Assembly (NCBI GenBank): GCA_035193785.1
Contig: CP136572.1
Span: forward strand, 864,001-928,000
Direction of reading: 5' to 3'
Length of the DNA: 64,000 nucleotides
Source of the DNA: Planktothrix sp. GU0601_MAG3
GTDB taxonomy: Bacteria; Cyanobacteriota; Cyanobacteriia; Cyanobacteriales; Microcoleaceae
The notes beneath the pieces were generated by a model that saw only the letters and a list, made by a program, of their open reading frames with translations, searched no databases and was not told the DNA's origin. This document shows, in pieces, positions 25,022 to 35,863 of this stretch (position 1 is the stretch's first letter; the number at the start of each line of letters is the position of its first letter). The position numbers and the translations under genes are program-made.

Positions 25022-25877
25022 TTACACGCTCGGAGCAGAACTTGGACGACGGGAGTGGAAGTTATACTGATCACCATAGGATAGAATATGTACCCGCAAA
25101 TTGAAGACACTTAGGGGGTCGGTGGCTCCTGCATTCACCAAATTGGTGTAGGACATTTCGTGGGTATCCACAATGGTCACGCACCCTTTTCCCACCACCC
25201 GCAGTAAGCCTTGGGCTTCAAATAAGGCACAGGTATCTTCATCAATGCCAATACCCACTTTATCGGGATGGGCTGCCACCGCACTTACCAGTCGCGCCAT
25301 GCGATTCCGATTATGGAAGTGTTGATCGACAACTAATTCTGGCACGATGTCTAAGCCCGTTGCCATGTCCACCAGGGAGCGATTGGGAGACTCCCCACTG
25401 CCGCCTCCGGCAATCATGTGGTGGCCCATTACGGCGGCTCCAGCACTGGTTCCAGCTAAAGCCATGCGCCCCTGTCTGGCTCCGGTTCTAATTTTTTCCA
25501 TCAGCAGGGTATCGGCTAATAAGCTATAAAGCCGCAATTGATCCCCCCCGGTCATAAATACCCCGGTACAGGTTTCTAAGAAGGCGTGCCACTTGGGATC
25601 TTCACAATGATGGCGTTCCCGAATATCAAAGACGGCAATGGATTTTGCCCCCATTTCCTCAAAGATTTTTTGGTATCTCTCTCCCTGAATTGCTGGTTTC
25701 ACGGGAGGCGGAGGGAATGATGGCAAGGTGGGCGTTGGAAGCACCAGCCCGGTGAACAAAGGTTTGCAGAATCTCACGTCCATGAACTTTGTCTTCTGCT
25801 CCACCAATAATCATGATAGAGGTTTTGGTTTGTTGGGGAATCATTTGTTCAAGGGCTTGAGATGTCAACTGCTGCAT
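25022..25877 (-). CDS. cphB: Cyanophycinase; frameshift near 25696
   Basis: IIGGAEDK, TGGDQ, GTSAGA, DQHFHNRNR, GIDE; upstream of cphA. Confidence 0.96.
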
Positions 25878-26180
25878 AGTGTGTCTCCTCGAATCAATCT
25901 ATACTGGGTTCAGCTACGGGAGTGGGAGTGATGAGTTTTGCCCTCATATTCGATGGGGCTGGTTTTGATTCCTCTGTGGAGACAGAGATCACCGGATCTC
26001 CCAACCTCCTCAATCGGAATTCACCGGGTGGAGTCCTCTGACGGGAGGGGAAAGGTCACGGGTTTTTCGTGGTAGTCACCTAAAGGATTAGCTTTGGACT
26101 CCCAATTCTTTCACGGGTTAATTTCCAACCGAACCCAGTTCGGGGAGCAAAGCCCGAGTCAAAAAAGCTGCTCCATTTTA

Positions 26181-26194
26181 GTATATTTTGATAC
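26181..26194. promoter_or_regulatory. Putative NtcA-binding site upstream of cphBA
   Basis: GTA-TATTTTGA-TAC matches GTA-N8-TAC and directly abuts TAAAAT on the minus strand. Confidence 0.5.
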
Positions 26195-26299
26195 GAATTA
26201 ACAAATATTTTAGTTTATCGACTATCATATACCATGAGATGTTTGTTACAAGTTTGAGCCTAAAAAAATTTTAAGCCTAAGTGGTCAACTAATAATACT

Positions 26300-27004
26300 G
26301 TGCGTTTTGACATTATTACTCTATTCCCTGATTTTTTTACTTCTCCCCTTAACTCAGGCCTCCTGGGCAAAGCTCTGGGGAAGGAAATTGCCCATGTCCA
26401 TTTAGTTAATCCCCGGGACTTCACTCAGGACAAACATCACCGGGTTGACGATGAACCCTTTGGGGGCGGTGTGGGTATGGTCTTAAAACCAGAACCGATT
26501 TATGCGGCGGTTGAGTCTTTACCCCAACTCCCTCGTCGGGAAGTGATTTTTTTAACTCCCCAAGGGGAACAAATGCACCAAGAGCTATTCCGAAATTTAG
26601 CGTTAAACTGTGATCAGATTGTTTTAATTTGCGGACATTATGAGGGCATTGATGAACGAATTATCCCCTTAGTAACCCGGGAAGTTTCGTTGGGAGATTT
26701 TGTTCTTACCGGGGGAGAAATTCCGGCAATGGCACTTTTAAATGGAGTTGTGCGATTATTACCTGGAACGGTTGGAAAGGAGGAATCTCTCAAAGCTGAA
26801 AGTTTTGAACAGGGATTACTCGATTATCCCCACTATACTCGACCTGCTGAATTTAGAGGAATGCCAGTTCCTGATGTTTTATTATCAGGACATCATGGCA
26901 AAATTGAGCAATGGCGAAAACAACAACAACTTCAGCGTACCCGTGAGCGCCGCCCGGATTTATGGCAAGATTGGATACAAGAACACCCGGAGGAACAGGT
27001 CTAG
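26300..27004 (+). CDS. trmD: tRNA (guanine-N1)-methyltransferase
   Basis: VDDEPFGGGVGM, CGHYEGIDER, SLGDFVLTGGE, YPHYTRP. Confidence 0.97.
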   Translation: MRFDIITLFPDFFTSPLNSGLLGKALGKEIAHVHLVNPRDFTQDKHHRVDDEPFGGGVGMVLKPEPIYAAVESLPQLPRREVIFLTPQGEQMHQELFRNLALNCDQIVLICGHYEGIDERIIPLVTREVSLGDFVLTGGEIPAMALLNGVVRLLPGTVGKEESLKAESFEQGLLDYPHYTRPAEFRGMPVPDVLLSGHHGKIEQWRKQQQLQRTRERRPDLWQDWIQEHPEEQV

Positions 27005-27129
27005 TCCCCCCGTATTTTCCCTGAGTTTGCCTTTCTAACCTATGAAACTGAAGCAGTCAACGTTTGGTTTTGATTCTAGCCTCTGGTCGCTAATCGTTAA
27101 GGGCTGAAGTTTATTCGTTTTTGATCCCT

Positions 27130-27490
27130 ATGAATACTGATACCCCGGAAGAATTAATTCAAGCGATTGATTTGGCATTAGGTCAAGGGAATTTTAATCA
27201 AGCTAAAACCCTTTCTCATCAAGCCAGTCAAGATTATCCTAATCACGATAAAATTCAACGCTATGCTAGGATTTTGTCATCATCTAATGTGCCTTTTCAG
27301 CAACTCTCCCGCAACCCTGATACTCCTTTAAATCTCAATTGGGTAATTCGGCATCGTCAAGATTATCGAGGCAGATGGGTGGCTTTGGAAAAAGGTAATT
27401 TAATTGCGGATGCGGGTTTCCCTTGATGAATTATTTACTCAGGTGGGAAAGGAAAAAATGAAGGATTTATTTTATACCATTGTTTATTAA
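27130..27490 (+). CDS. Hypothetical protein, DUF5678-like C-terminus; frameshift near 27416
   Basis: WVIRHRQDYRGRWVALEKGNLIA then corrected DAGSLDEL...IVY*. Confidence 0.6.
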
Positions 27491-27702
27491 GTAGAGGCAT
27501 ACTTTTTCGGTCTGGGTTGGAAGCAGATATTGATTAAATAAATGGAGCATTTCCCCATGAGTTAAATTAGAAATGCTACTATTAATAGTATGGTTTCGGT
27601 TTATTGGTGAAAAAGGTTAAGTCTATCTTCTGGTAGAAGGTGAACCCTAATAAAGCCAGATACAGTATGTTTAGCCAATTAATAAAAAGTAAGGAGAAAA
27701 TC

Positions 27703-27960
27703 ATGGCTACGGAAAAACGTGGATTTGCTTCAATGGATCAAGAAAAGCAACGGGAAATTGCTAGTAAAGGCGGTAAAGCAGCCCATGAGTCGGGACGCGC
27801 TCATGAATTTACTTCCGAAGAAGCCCGAGAAGCCGGACGCAAGGGCGGTAAGGCGGTCAGCCAAAATCGCGAACACATGGCAGCCATTGGACGCAAAGGT
27901 GGCAAGAATAGCCATAAAAAAGATAAAGAAAATGAAAACAACACTGAGGAAAATCCCTAA
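27703..27960 (+). CDS. KGG-repeat general stress protein (GsiB/YciG/Con-10-like)
   Basis: RGFASMDQEKQREIASKGG, EAREAGRKGG, MAAIGRKGG; RBS AAGGAG. Confidence 0.9.
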   Translation: MATEKRGFASMDQEKQREIASKGGKAAHESGRAHEFTSEEAREAGRKGGKAVSQNREHMAAIGRKGGKNSHKKDKENENNTEENP

Positions 27961-28035
27961 TCTTAGGGAAGAATGTTTTAGTAAACTTTCATAAAATCTG
28001 AGTCTTTTAACAAAAAACTGTTTTTGTTGGTGATC

Positions 28036-28083
28036 ACTTGCACAAATAAGGTTAATCATGGGATGAACCTTGTTTGTGCAAGC
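28036..28083. terminator. Inverted repeat after the KGG gene
   Basis: TTGCACAAATAAGGTT...AACCTTGTTTGTGCAA. Confidence 0.45.
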
Positions 28084-28272
28084 TCAACTTTTATAACAGG
28101 TTTTTGGACTCAACCTAGTCGGTGATTTTCCGTTGGAGTTGGAAATGATCAGCCCTAACCTAAAATGGCAAAAAAATACTTGACGTTTTCGGATGGTTTG
28201 ATTAGAATGGGCTCACCTAGTTACAGATTTGAGCGGAAAGTTGACTTCTGTCTCATGTGTCGGAATCAAAAA

Positions 28273-28375
28273 TAAGCTGTTAAGCAGTTAAACTGTATAT
28301 TCTAGCCATTGAGGACACTGGCACTGCAAGGGTTTGACAACGACCCCATATCCAATTCAGATAATTAACAGCTTA
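28273..28375. mobile_element. MITE-like element copy 1 (TA-AGCTGTTAA...TTAACAGCT-TA)
   Basis: Terminal inverted repeats; interior homologous to 29363-29462; embedded in a longer inverted repeat 28250-28398. Confidence 0.7.
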
Positions 28376-28596
28376 TTCCTGATTCCGATACCTGAGACTT
28401 TAGCCAAACACAATCAAAACTCAGGGTTTTAATTCAATTCTTTAGACACTGGGCCGAAAGTGCTATTTTTGGAGTTTCTGTTTTGAACTCGGAAATGGCG
28501 AATAGGTCTTAATTCAGGCAAAAGGGTCTGAAGGGTTATAATTCAAAACTTTATTAGTCCTAGGTGTTTTATTAAAAATAACACTAGAAATCAATC

Positions 28597-29325
28597 ATGA
28601 AACCTTGTATCGCAATTTATGGGGATTTTCAAAATGTTCGTAATTCTCCTGAAGAAATTGAAATTTTAAATCCCTGGTTTAATCAACATGGGAATATATT
28701 GCACAAAAAATCCTATGCTTACTGGCGACAAGAAAAGGAACTATTTGAACAAGCTATTTTTAAGGCGGGTTTCAAAACTATTAGTGTTTCATCAAGGGAA
28801 AAAAATGCAGTAGATAATGAGATTATTCAAGATTGTAAACATGATACAATGACAGACAAAAGCATTAAAATTGTAATTTTAATCACGGGAGATAAAGACT
28901 ATTTACCTTTGGTTAAATATTTACAAAACCTGAAAATAAAAGTGATATTAATTCATGGCACTAATGTTAGCAAATCCTTGAAAAAAGCCGTGGATATAGC
29001 CTACAATATTAATGAATTAATTAACTATGTTAATCTTGATAAAGCAACTCCAGAAAAACTAGATTCTCCCGCTATGATTCCTTATGAAGAAGCTAAAAAA
29101 TGTTTAATTGAATTGATCAAAACGGTTCAAGAAAAAGGAAAAAAAGCTACTCTTGCTGTGCTGGGTCGTTTAATCAAAAACCATCCTCGGCTTGCAGGAT
29201 ACAAAAAAGTCTCATCTATTGCTAAACCCGATGGAAAGATTTTTGCTAAATTCGGCAAATTTGTAGCGGCGGTAATTAAGGAAGGAATTATTCAAGATTG
29301 TAATGGAGAATTGATTTTAGTCTAG
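28597..29325 (+). CDS. NYN-domain (LabA/DUF88) ribonuclease with probable OST-HTH/LOTUS C-terminus
   Basis: IYGDFQNV, KNAVDNEI, LITGDKDYLPLV, VSKSLKKAVD. Confidence 0.8.
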   Translation: MKPCIAIYGDFQNVRNSPEEIEILNPWFNQHGNILHKKSYAYWRQEKELFEQAIFKAGFKTISVSSREKNAVDNEIIQDCKHDTMTDKSIKIVILITGDKDYLPLVKYLQNLKIKVILIHGTNVSKSLKKAVDIAYNINELINYVNLDKATPEKLDSPAMIPYEEAKKCLIELIKTVQEKGKKATLAVLGRLIKNHPRLAGYKKVSSIAKPDGKIFAKFGKFVAAVIKEGIIQDCNGELILV

Positions 29326-29362
29326 GTTGAGAAAAATTGCGATCGCCTGAATGCGATATGAT

Positions 29363-29462
29363 TAAGCTGTTAAGCATTTAAACTGTATCTTTTAGCCAGA
29401 GACACTGGCAATATACAGGCATTACAATTTAACAATAACTAATTTAGATACTTAACAGCTTA
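29363..29462. mobile_element. MITE-like element copy 2; terminal TA overlaps the rnc ATG
   Basis: TAAGCTGTTAAGCATTTAAACTGTAT...GACACTGGCA...AGATACTTAACAGCTTA(TG). Confidence 0.7.
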
Positions 29463-30160
29463 TGACCAAATTACCAGAGATCAAAAACGAACAATTGCGA
29501 TTACAAGCATTAACCCATCGCTCCTATTTGAATGAACATCCCAACGCCGGAGAAGACAATGAAAGATTAGAATTTTTAGGGGATGCAGTCCTAGGATTTT
29601 TAGTGGGAGAATTGCTATTTAAAAAGCGCTATCCCGAAGACATGACTAAAATGAGTGAAGCCAATATGACCCGTTTACGGTCTGTGTTGGTTGATGAAAA
29701 ACAACTAGCTAAATTTGCGGTACAATTTAATTTAGGGGAGTTATTACGGTTAGGAAAAGGCGCCGTTAGAGACGGTGGACGCACTAACCCCGCCTTGCTT
29801 AGTGATGCCTTTGAAGCCTATATTGGGGCCTATTATTTAGATACCAATATTGATGTCGTCCGAGATTTTATTCATCCGCTCTTTTCTGCTGTGGCCAATG
29901 AAATAGTCTTTCCCCAGTCGGAAACCACCCCTCAAACCTTAATTGATTGTAAAAACCGCTTTCAACAATGGGCGTTAGAAAAATCCGGTGAAAACCCGAA
30001 ATATTATGTGATCGGAGAATCTGGGCCAGATCATGCTAAGGAATTTTGTATTGAAGTTCGGGTTAGGGATAAGGTCTATGGCTATGGAAAGGGGAAGCGG
30101 AAACAGGATGCGGAAAAAAAAGCCGCCGAAGTGGCGCTGCAAAAGTTAAGTCTATTGTAG
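29462..30160 (+). CDS. rnc: Ribonuclease III
   Basis: ALTHRS, NERLEFLGDAVL, SDAFEAYIGA, C-terminal dsRBD. Confidence 0.96.
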   Translation: MTKLPEIKNEQLRLQALTHRSYLNEHPNAGEDNERLEFLGDAVLGFLVGELLFKKRYPEDMTKMSEANMTRLRSVLVDEKQLAKFAVQFNLGELLRLGKGAVRDGGRTNPALLSDAFEAYIGAYYLDTNIDVVRDFIHPLFSAVANEIVFPQSETTPQTLIDCKNRFQQWALEKSGENPKYYVIGESGPDHAKEFCIEVRVRDKVYGYGKGKRKQDAEKKAAEVALQKLSLL

Positions 30161-30222
30161 TAAGTCCTTTAGGACTCTGGGCCCTGAAGGACTCTAAGCC
30201 CTGAAGGGCTTACTACATGAGG

Positions 30223-31312
30223 TTATTCTTCTTCTGAAACTGGCGTCGAGATCCTCATCATCATGGCTATCAACCTGGATGACAGAATTAGCTGAAACCA
30301 CAGCACCACTATCTAAAGCCACTCTAACTTTTTGTTCAATTTCTTTCGCCAAGGTGGCATTTTCTTCTAAATAAATCAGGGTTTTATCCCGTCCCTGACC
30401 AATATTATCGCCGTTGTAACTATACCAAGCTCCTTTGCGTTTTAATACCCCGGTTTCTTCTGCTAAATCAATTAAACAGCCTAAAGTAGAAATACCTTTT
30501 CCGAAGATAATATCAAATTCTGCAATCCGAAAAGGAGGGGCAATTTTATTTTTAGCCACTTTAACTTTAGCCCTAATTCCGTATTCATCCGTTCCCCGTT
30601 TTAAGGTTTGAATTCGACGAATATCTAAACGTACAGAGGCATAGAATTTTAAGGCATTTCCTCCGGTTGTGGTTTCCGGGTTTCCATAGACAACACCAAT
30701 TTTTTGACGCAATTGGTTGAGGAAAATCACGGTACAATTTGACTTACCAATATTTCCCGTAATTTTGCGTAACGCCTGACTCATTAACCGAGCTTGTAAA
30801 CCCATGTGGGCGTCCCCCATATCCCCTTCAATTTCGGCCCTGGGAACTAAGGCGGCAACGGAGTCAACTACAATAATATCAACGGCCACAGACCGCACTA
30901 ACTGATCCACAATTTCTAGGCCCATTTCTCCCGTATCCGGTTGAGAAACGAGTAAATTTTCCGTGTCCACCCCTAGAATGGCCGCATAGCTGGGATCTAG
31001 GGCGTGTTCTGCATCGACAAAGGCAGCTACTCCTCCGGCTTTTTGGACTTCGGCGATCGCGTGGAGGGCTAGGGTGGTTTTACCGGAACTTTCTGGCCCA
31101 TAAATTTCAATTACCCGTCCCTTGGGTAAACCGCCCCCCAAGGCTAGGTCTAGGGTTAATGCACCACTGGGAATGGTTTCCACTTTCATCCGGGTGGAAT
31201 CCCCTAACCGAACAATGGCCCCTTTGCCAAAGCTACGCTCAATTTGGCCTAAAACTTGGGTTAGAGCTTTTTTCTTTTCAGAACTAGAATTATCTTTAGT
31301 ATCTTTAGCCAT
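30223..31312 (-). CDS. recA: Recombinase RecA; frameshift near 30236 changes the last few residues
   Basis: [35 protein letters not shown]; corrected end DLDASSEEE*. Confidence 0.98.
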
Positions 31313-31549
31313 TCGCTGTAATTTTAAGTAACGGTTAATTTAAACATCCTAGCCACCCTAGCCGCCAGTCTGCATAATTGGTATGGTAGCAGTTATGCCG
31401 GGGTTCTGACTATTGTGGATCTCCCCGGATATCGACGAGCTTAACAATTTTTTGCAGTTTGTCCGCCCAAGCTCTGGGGAAATTTCTCCCCATTATACGA
31501 GAAATTGATGTTTTCGTCAATATAATAATAACAATTCTGTCATTTTTAT

Positions 31550-32146
31550 ATGTATTATCGCTATATTTTATTTTATAAACCTTATGATGTATTGAGTCAG
31601 TTTACCGATGATGATCCCACTACTGCTATGCGTAAAACTCTGAAGGATTTTATTTCTATTCCTTTAGTTTATTCCGTGGGAAGGTTAGATCGGGATAGTG
31701 AAGGATTGTTACTTTTAACTGATGATAATTTTGTGAAACATCGCTTAATTGATCCTAAATTTGCCCATCCTCGAACCTATTGGGTACAGGTGGAAAAAAT
31801 ACCTGATGAAACAGCATTACAACGGTTAACTCAGGGGGTACAATTATCAGATTATCGGACAAAACCCGCCCAGGTTAAACTGCTTTCTACTGAACCCAGT
31901 TTACCTCCCCGGGAGCCTCCCATTCGGTTTCGGAAAACCGTCCCGACGGCTTGGCTGGAATTAACCTTAACCGAAGGTCGTAACCGTCAAGTGCGGAAAA
32001 TGACGGCATCGGTGGGGTTTCCGACGTTGCGTTTGGTGAGGGTGGCGATCGCCCATTTAAGATTAACAGGACTCGCGCCCGGTGAATGGCGAGATTTAAC
32101 CGAGGTTGAATTGAAACAATTAAAACAAGTCTTAGGAAATTATTAA
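31550..32146 (+). CDS. rRNA pseudouridine synthase (RsuA/RluE family)
   Basis: VGRLDRDSEGLLLLT, EGRNRQVRKM, GFPTLRLVR. Confidence 0.92.
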   Translation: MYYRYILFYKPYDVLSQFTDDDPTTAMRKTLKDFISIPLVYSVGRLDRDSEGLLLLTDDNFVKHRLIDPKFAHPRTYWVQVEKIPDETALQRLTQGVQLSDYRTKPAQVKLLSTEPSLPPREPPIRFRKTVPTAWLELTLTEGRNRQVRKMTASVGFPTLRLVRVAIAHLRLTGLAPGEWRDLTEVELKQLKQVLGNY

Positions 32147-32157
32147 TAATATTTCAT

Positions 32158-32215
32158 CCTTCAATGTTTCCTACGCATCCGTATCCTGTAGAGACGTGCC
32201 ATGGCGCGTCTCTAC
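32158..32215. repeat. GTAG REP/SDR palindrome with shared flank
   Basis: GTAGAGACGTGCCATGGCGCGTCTCTAC; flank is the reverse complement of that at 11130-11157. Confidence 0.85.
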
Positions 32216-32280
32216 ATGGAGTTTAGGGACATAAATTTCAGGATTTTATATAAAAATTCCCTAAAATTAAACCCTAATTA

Positions 32281-33280
32281 TTAATTGGGTTTTCCCCCTC
32301 CAATTAAATATAAGAGTGCCATTCTTACGGCAATTCCACTGGTCACTTGTTGAGAAATTAAACTAAATTCTGGATCATCCATTAATTCAGAACTTAATTC
32401 TACTCCTCGATTTACTGGCCCGGGATGTAATATTTTTACATGAGGTTTACAGGCTTTTAACCGTTCGTGGGTCAGACCAAATAATTGATGATATTCGCGT
32501 AAACTGGGTAATAAATGGGCGGTCATCCGTTCTTTTTGTAAGCGCAAAGTCATCACAAAATCGGCATTTTCCAAAGCCTCGTCTAAATTCCAATGTAAAA
32601 ATAATTTACCCGGGCGATTTTTGCCAAATTCAGCAAATAATTCTGGGAGTAAAGTTGGGGGGGCGGCTAAGTGTAATTCCGCTTGGGTGGCGGTTAAACT
32701 CCAAATATTAGAACGGGCGACCCGAGAATGTAAAATATCTCCGACGATCGCTATTTTTTTGCCATTTAGTTGTTCAATTTGCGGGTGATCCGGGTCAAGA
32801 ATGCGGCAAATGGTGAATAAATCTAAGAGTGCTTGGGAGGGGTGTTCGTGTTGACCATCGCCCGCATTTAAAACCGCTACTTTTGCATTTAAACGATCTA
32901 ATTCGGCGGCGATCGCAAAGGGAACTCCCGCCTCTTTATGGCGAATTACCATCATATCCGTCCCCATGGCTAAATAGGTTTTAGCGGTGTCGAGAATGGT
33001 TTCTCCTTTGCTGAGGGAGGAAGTCCCGGGGGCAAAATTTAGGGTATCGGCGGAGAGTCGTTTGGCGGCCAGTTTCAAAGCTGTTTCGAGTCCGGGTTGA
33101 GGGTTCAAAAAATAAATTAGCCACCACCTGACCTTGGAGGGCGGGGACTTTTTTGGTGCGGCGACCTAAGACTTCTCGAAAGCTAGTGGCGGTTTGTAAA
33201 ATGGTATTATATTCCGTCGCCGTAAAATCAGCTAGGGATAAAATGTGGCGGCGAGTCCAGGGAGCAGTAGCCATTGTCAA
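32281..33280 (-). CDS. pyrB: Aspartate carbamoyltransferase catalytic subunit; frameshift near 33072
   Basis: [43 protein letters not shown]. Confidence 0.96.
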
Positions 33281-33441
33281 ATAATTAGCAATTATAGGAT
33301 TTTGGAATCAAAATTTGAGGTTTAAAATCATCGGGACTTTGATCCAATATTTAATTATACTGGGTGATCGTTCAAAGCGGAATAGAAACCTCAAGGCTTG
33401 AACAACAAACTAACAGTTATTTTTAGAATACCCTTTGAACC

Positions 33442-33960
33442 ATGAACAGTATCCAATCTTTTTTGACCGTTGGTATCCTCAGTGTTACTATTCTTAGCTT
33501 AAGTAGTTGTAGTACCCCTCCGGTAGAAACTGAAAGCTCACCGACACCTACAGCCACTATTTCCCCTCAACCGACCCCTGAACCTCAAAAACAAGCTATT
33601 TCTCCGGCTAAGACGGTTCCCTTGACCATTTATCAGGTGGATACTCAATGTTCTGAGTTAGTTCCTCGACAAATTACGGTTCCCAAAGAACAGGCTTTAG
33701 AAAGGGCGATCGCAGAGATTTTAGAACAACAAAGTAGTTCGGATTTTACCTTGAATTATCGCATAAAAGTGGAGCCAGAAAAACAGATTGTGACGATTGA
33801 TTTTCGGGTTCCAACTAATGCAAATCGGACGTTTAATTCTTTATCTAGTTGTGAACAATTGGCTTTATTTGGCAGTTTACGCAAAACTATTACCAGTAAT
33901 CCTAATTGGCAAATTAATCAGGTGATTTTTACCGAACAGGGAGAAGAAATTGCCTTGTGA
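33442..33960 (+). CDS. Lipoprotein, GerMN-like
   Basis: Lipobox LSSC, Pro/Thr linker, SLSSCEQLALFGSLRKT. Confidence 0.7.
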   Translation: MNSIQSFLTVGILSVTILSLSSCSTPPVETESSPTPTATISPQPTPEPQKQAISPAKTVPLTIYQVDTQCSELVPRQITVPKEQALERAIAEILEQQSSSDFTLNYRIKVEPEKQIVTIDFRVPTNANRTFNSLSSCEQLALFGSLRKTITSNPNWQINQVIFTEQGEEIAL

Positions 33961-33962
33961 AA

Positions 33963-34005
33963 GGGAACAGGGAATAGGGAATTACGAATTACGAATTACG
34001 AATTG
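33963..34005. repeat. Heptamer STRR repeats (GGGAACA/GGGAATA, ATTACGA)
   Basis: Directly visible. Confidence 0.8.
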
Positions 34006-34073
34006 GGGTATGTATTTTTATAGTGTTATTATCGGGAAAATAATGATCAATTTTTCTGTTTTTACAAATAATC

Positions 34074-35087
34074 ATGTCTAATCTTTCCGAATGGACTCTA
34101 TTACATACCCAACTCCATCGTACCCTACGCGCTCGGAATATTTTACCTCCATTTCAACGGTTATTAGTGGCGGTATCGGGGGGACAGGATTCTTTATGTT
34201 TAATTCGATTATTATTAGATTTACAACCCAAATGGCATTGGCAAATTGCCATGGTTAATTGTGATCATCGTTGGCGCTCTGATTCCCAAGCCAATACCGA
34301 TTATATTGAACAATTAGCTGATAGTTGGCAAATTCCCTTTTATCGAGAAACCGCCGCTATTATTCCCGCTACGGAAGCCGCAGCTAGGGAATGGCGTTAT
34401 CAGGTTTTAACTGAAATTGCTCAAAGTAATAATTATCCCTATATTGTCACAGGTCATACCAAAAGCGATCGGGCTGAAACTCTACTTTATAACTTAATTC
34501 GAGGCAGTGGTGCTGATGGTTTACAAGCCTTAACTTGGCAACGTCCTCTTAATTCAATCTCAACAAATGCGATAATTTTAGTTCGTCCTTTATTAGAAAT
34601 TACTAGGGAACAAACGGGGCAGTTTTGTCAAGAAAAAGCCTTAAAAATTTGGCTAGATAGTACCAATAATGATTTACACTATGCTCGAAACCGTATTCGT
34701 CAAGAACTTTTACCCTATTTACAAACCCATTTTAACCCCCAAGTCGAATCCCATCTAGCCCAAACCGCAGAATTATTGCGATCGGAAGTTAACTATTTAG
34801 AAGAACTCACAGAAACCCTATTTCAACAGGTAGTATTTTGGGAAAATAGCAGTCAAGACCGATTAAAAATAAATCGTTTAGCCCTGCGTCAAACCCATGA
34901 AGCCCTACAACGCCGAGTTAGTCGAAAAGTCTTACAAAAAGTTATGCAAAAATCTGCTAATTTTGAACAAATTGAAAAATTAACCGCCTTAATTATTGCT
35001 CCAAATCGTACCCAAACTGACCCTTTTCCTGGGGGTGCGATCGCCATTGTTGACGGGGAGTGGATCGTCTTTCATCTTGCCAATTAA
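34074..35087 (+). CDS. tilS: tRNA(Ile)-lysidine synthase
   Basis: AVSGGQDS, EAAAREWRY, TGHTKSDRAET, RNRIR. Confidence 0.95.
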   Translation: MSNLSEWTLLHTQLHRTLRARNILPPFQRLLVAVSGGQDSLCLIRLLLDLQPKWHWQIAMVNCDHRWRSDSQANTDYIEQLADSWQIPFYRETAAIIPATEAAAREWRYQVLTEIAQSNNYPYIVTGHTKSDRAETLLYNLIRGSGADGLQALTWQRPLNSISTNAIILVRPLLEITREQTGQFCQEKALKIWLDSTNNDLHYARNRIRQELLPYLQTHFNPQVESHLAQTAELLRSEVNYLEELTETLFQQVVFWENSSQDRLKINRLALRQTHEALQRRVSRKVLQKVMQKSANFEQIEKLTALIIAPNRTQTDPFPGGAIAIVDGEWIVFHLAN

Positions 35088-35253
35088 TTGATAGAATTAC
35101 CGAACACTTGATCTACCCAATTTTCTAGGTAAAAATGGGATAGGAGTTGAATCTTATTCTCTCGATAACTTCTAATACAATTGTTAAGAAACCCTATCCT
35201 TTGAGAAATTCAACCCTACAATGCACAATAGCACTATAAAAAGGAGCCTTCCT

Positions 35254-35797
35254 ATGGCCTATGTATGCGAGCTAGGGACAGGTCAAAGCGTTTATTTAGA
35301 AAATCAGGGCGCACAAACTGTTGTCACCCTCATTAGCAGTGGCCCTGGACAACAGCAACAAGCAAGCAGCAGTTTTACAACCGGAGTTTGGACTTCGCCC
35401 CCCCAGGTGTTCCGAACTCCCCATGGTCTGGTGCTCAAAGTCATATCCGAACTAGGGGAAAGAAGCCTACAAATTCAGGGGACTAGCGTTAGTGTTCTGG
35501 GTGAAATGCCCTCGGTGATGGACTCTCAACAACTCACGGTTCAGGAGGTCACGAGTACACCCGTTTCTCCACTGAAACCGATGGAAACCGATGAAAATGG
35601 AACCCATGAAACCCATGAACCTAAAAATGGGGGATATGCAGATGAACATGAACCCGATGTCTATGCGAATGGGGAATATGGAACTACGAATGGGGTCGGG
35701 TGCACCGGAGGCGAGTCCTAAGTCCTTTTGTAGTCAATGTGGGACATCGGTAAAACCGGAAGACCGATTTTGTTCTAATTGTGGCCATCAATTGTAG
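35254..35797 (+). CDS. Met-rich protein with C-terminal double zinc ribbon; frameshift near 35584
   Basis: MAYVCELGTGQ...; PMKMEPMKPMNLKMGDMQM; FCSQCG...FCSNCG. Confidence 0.8.
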
Positions 35798-35863
35798 GGA
35801 AATGTAGAGACGTGCCACGGCGCGTCTTTATTCGTGATCAGTTAACATTTTATCTCTGAAAAA

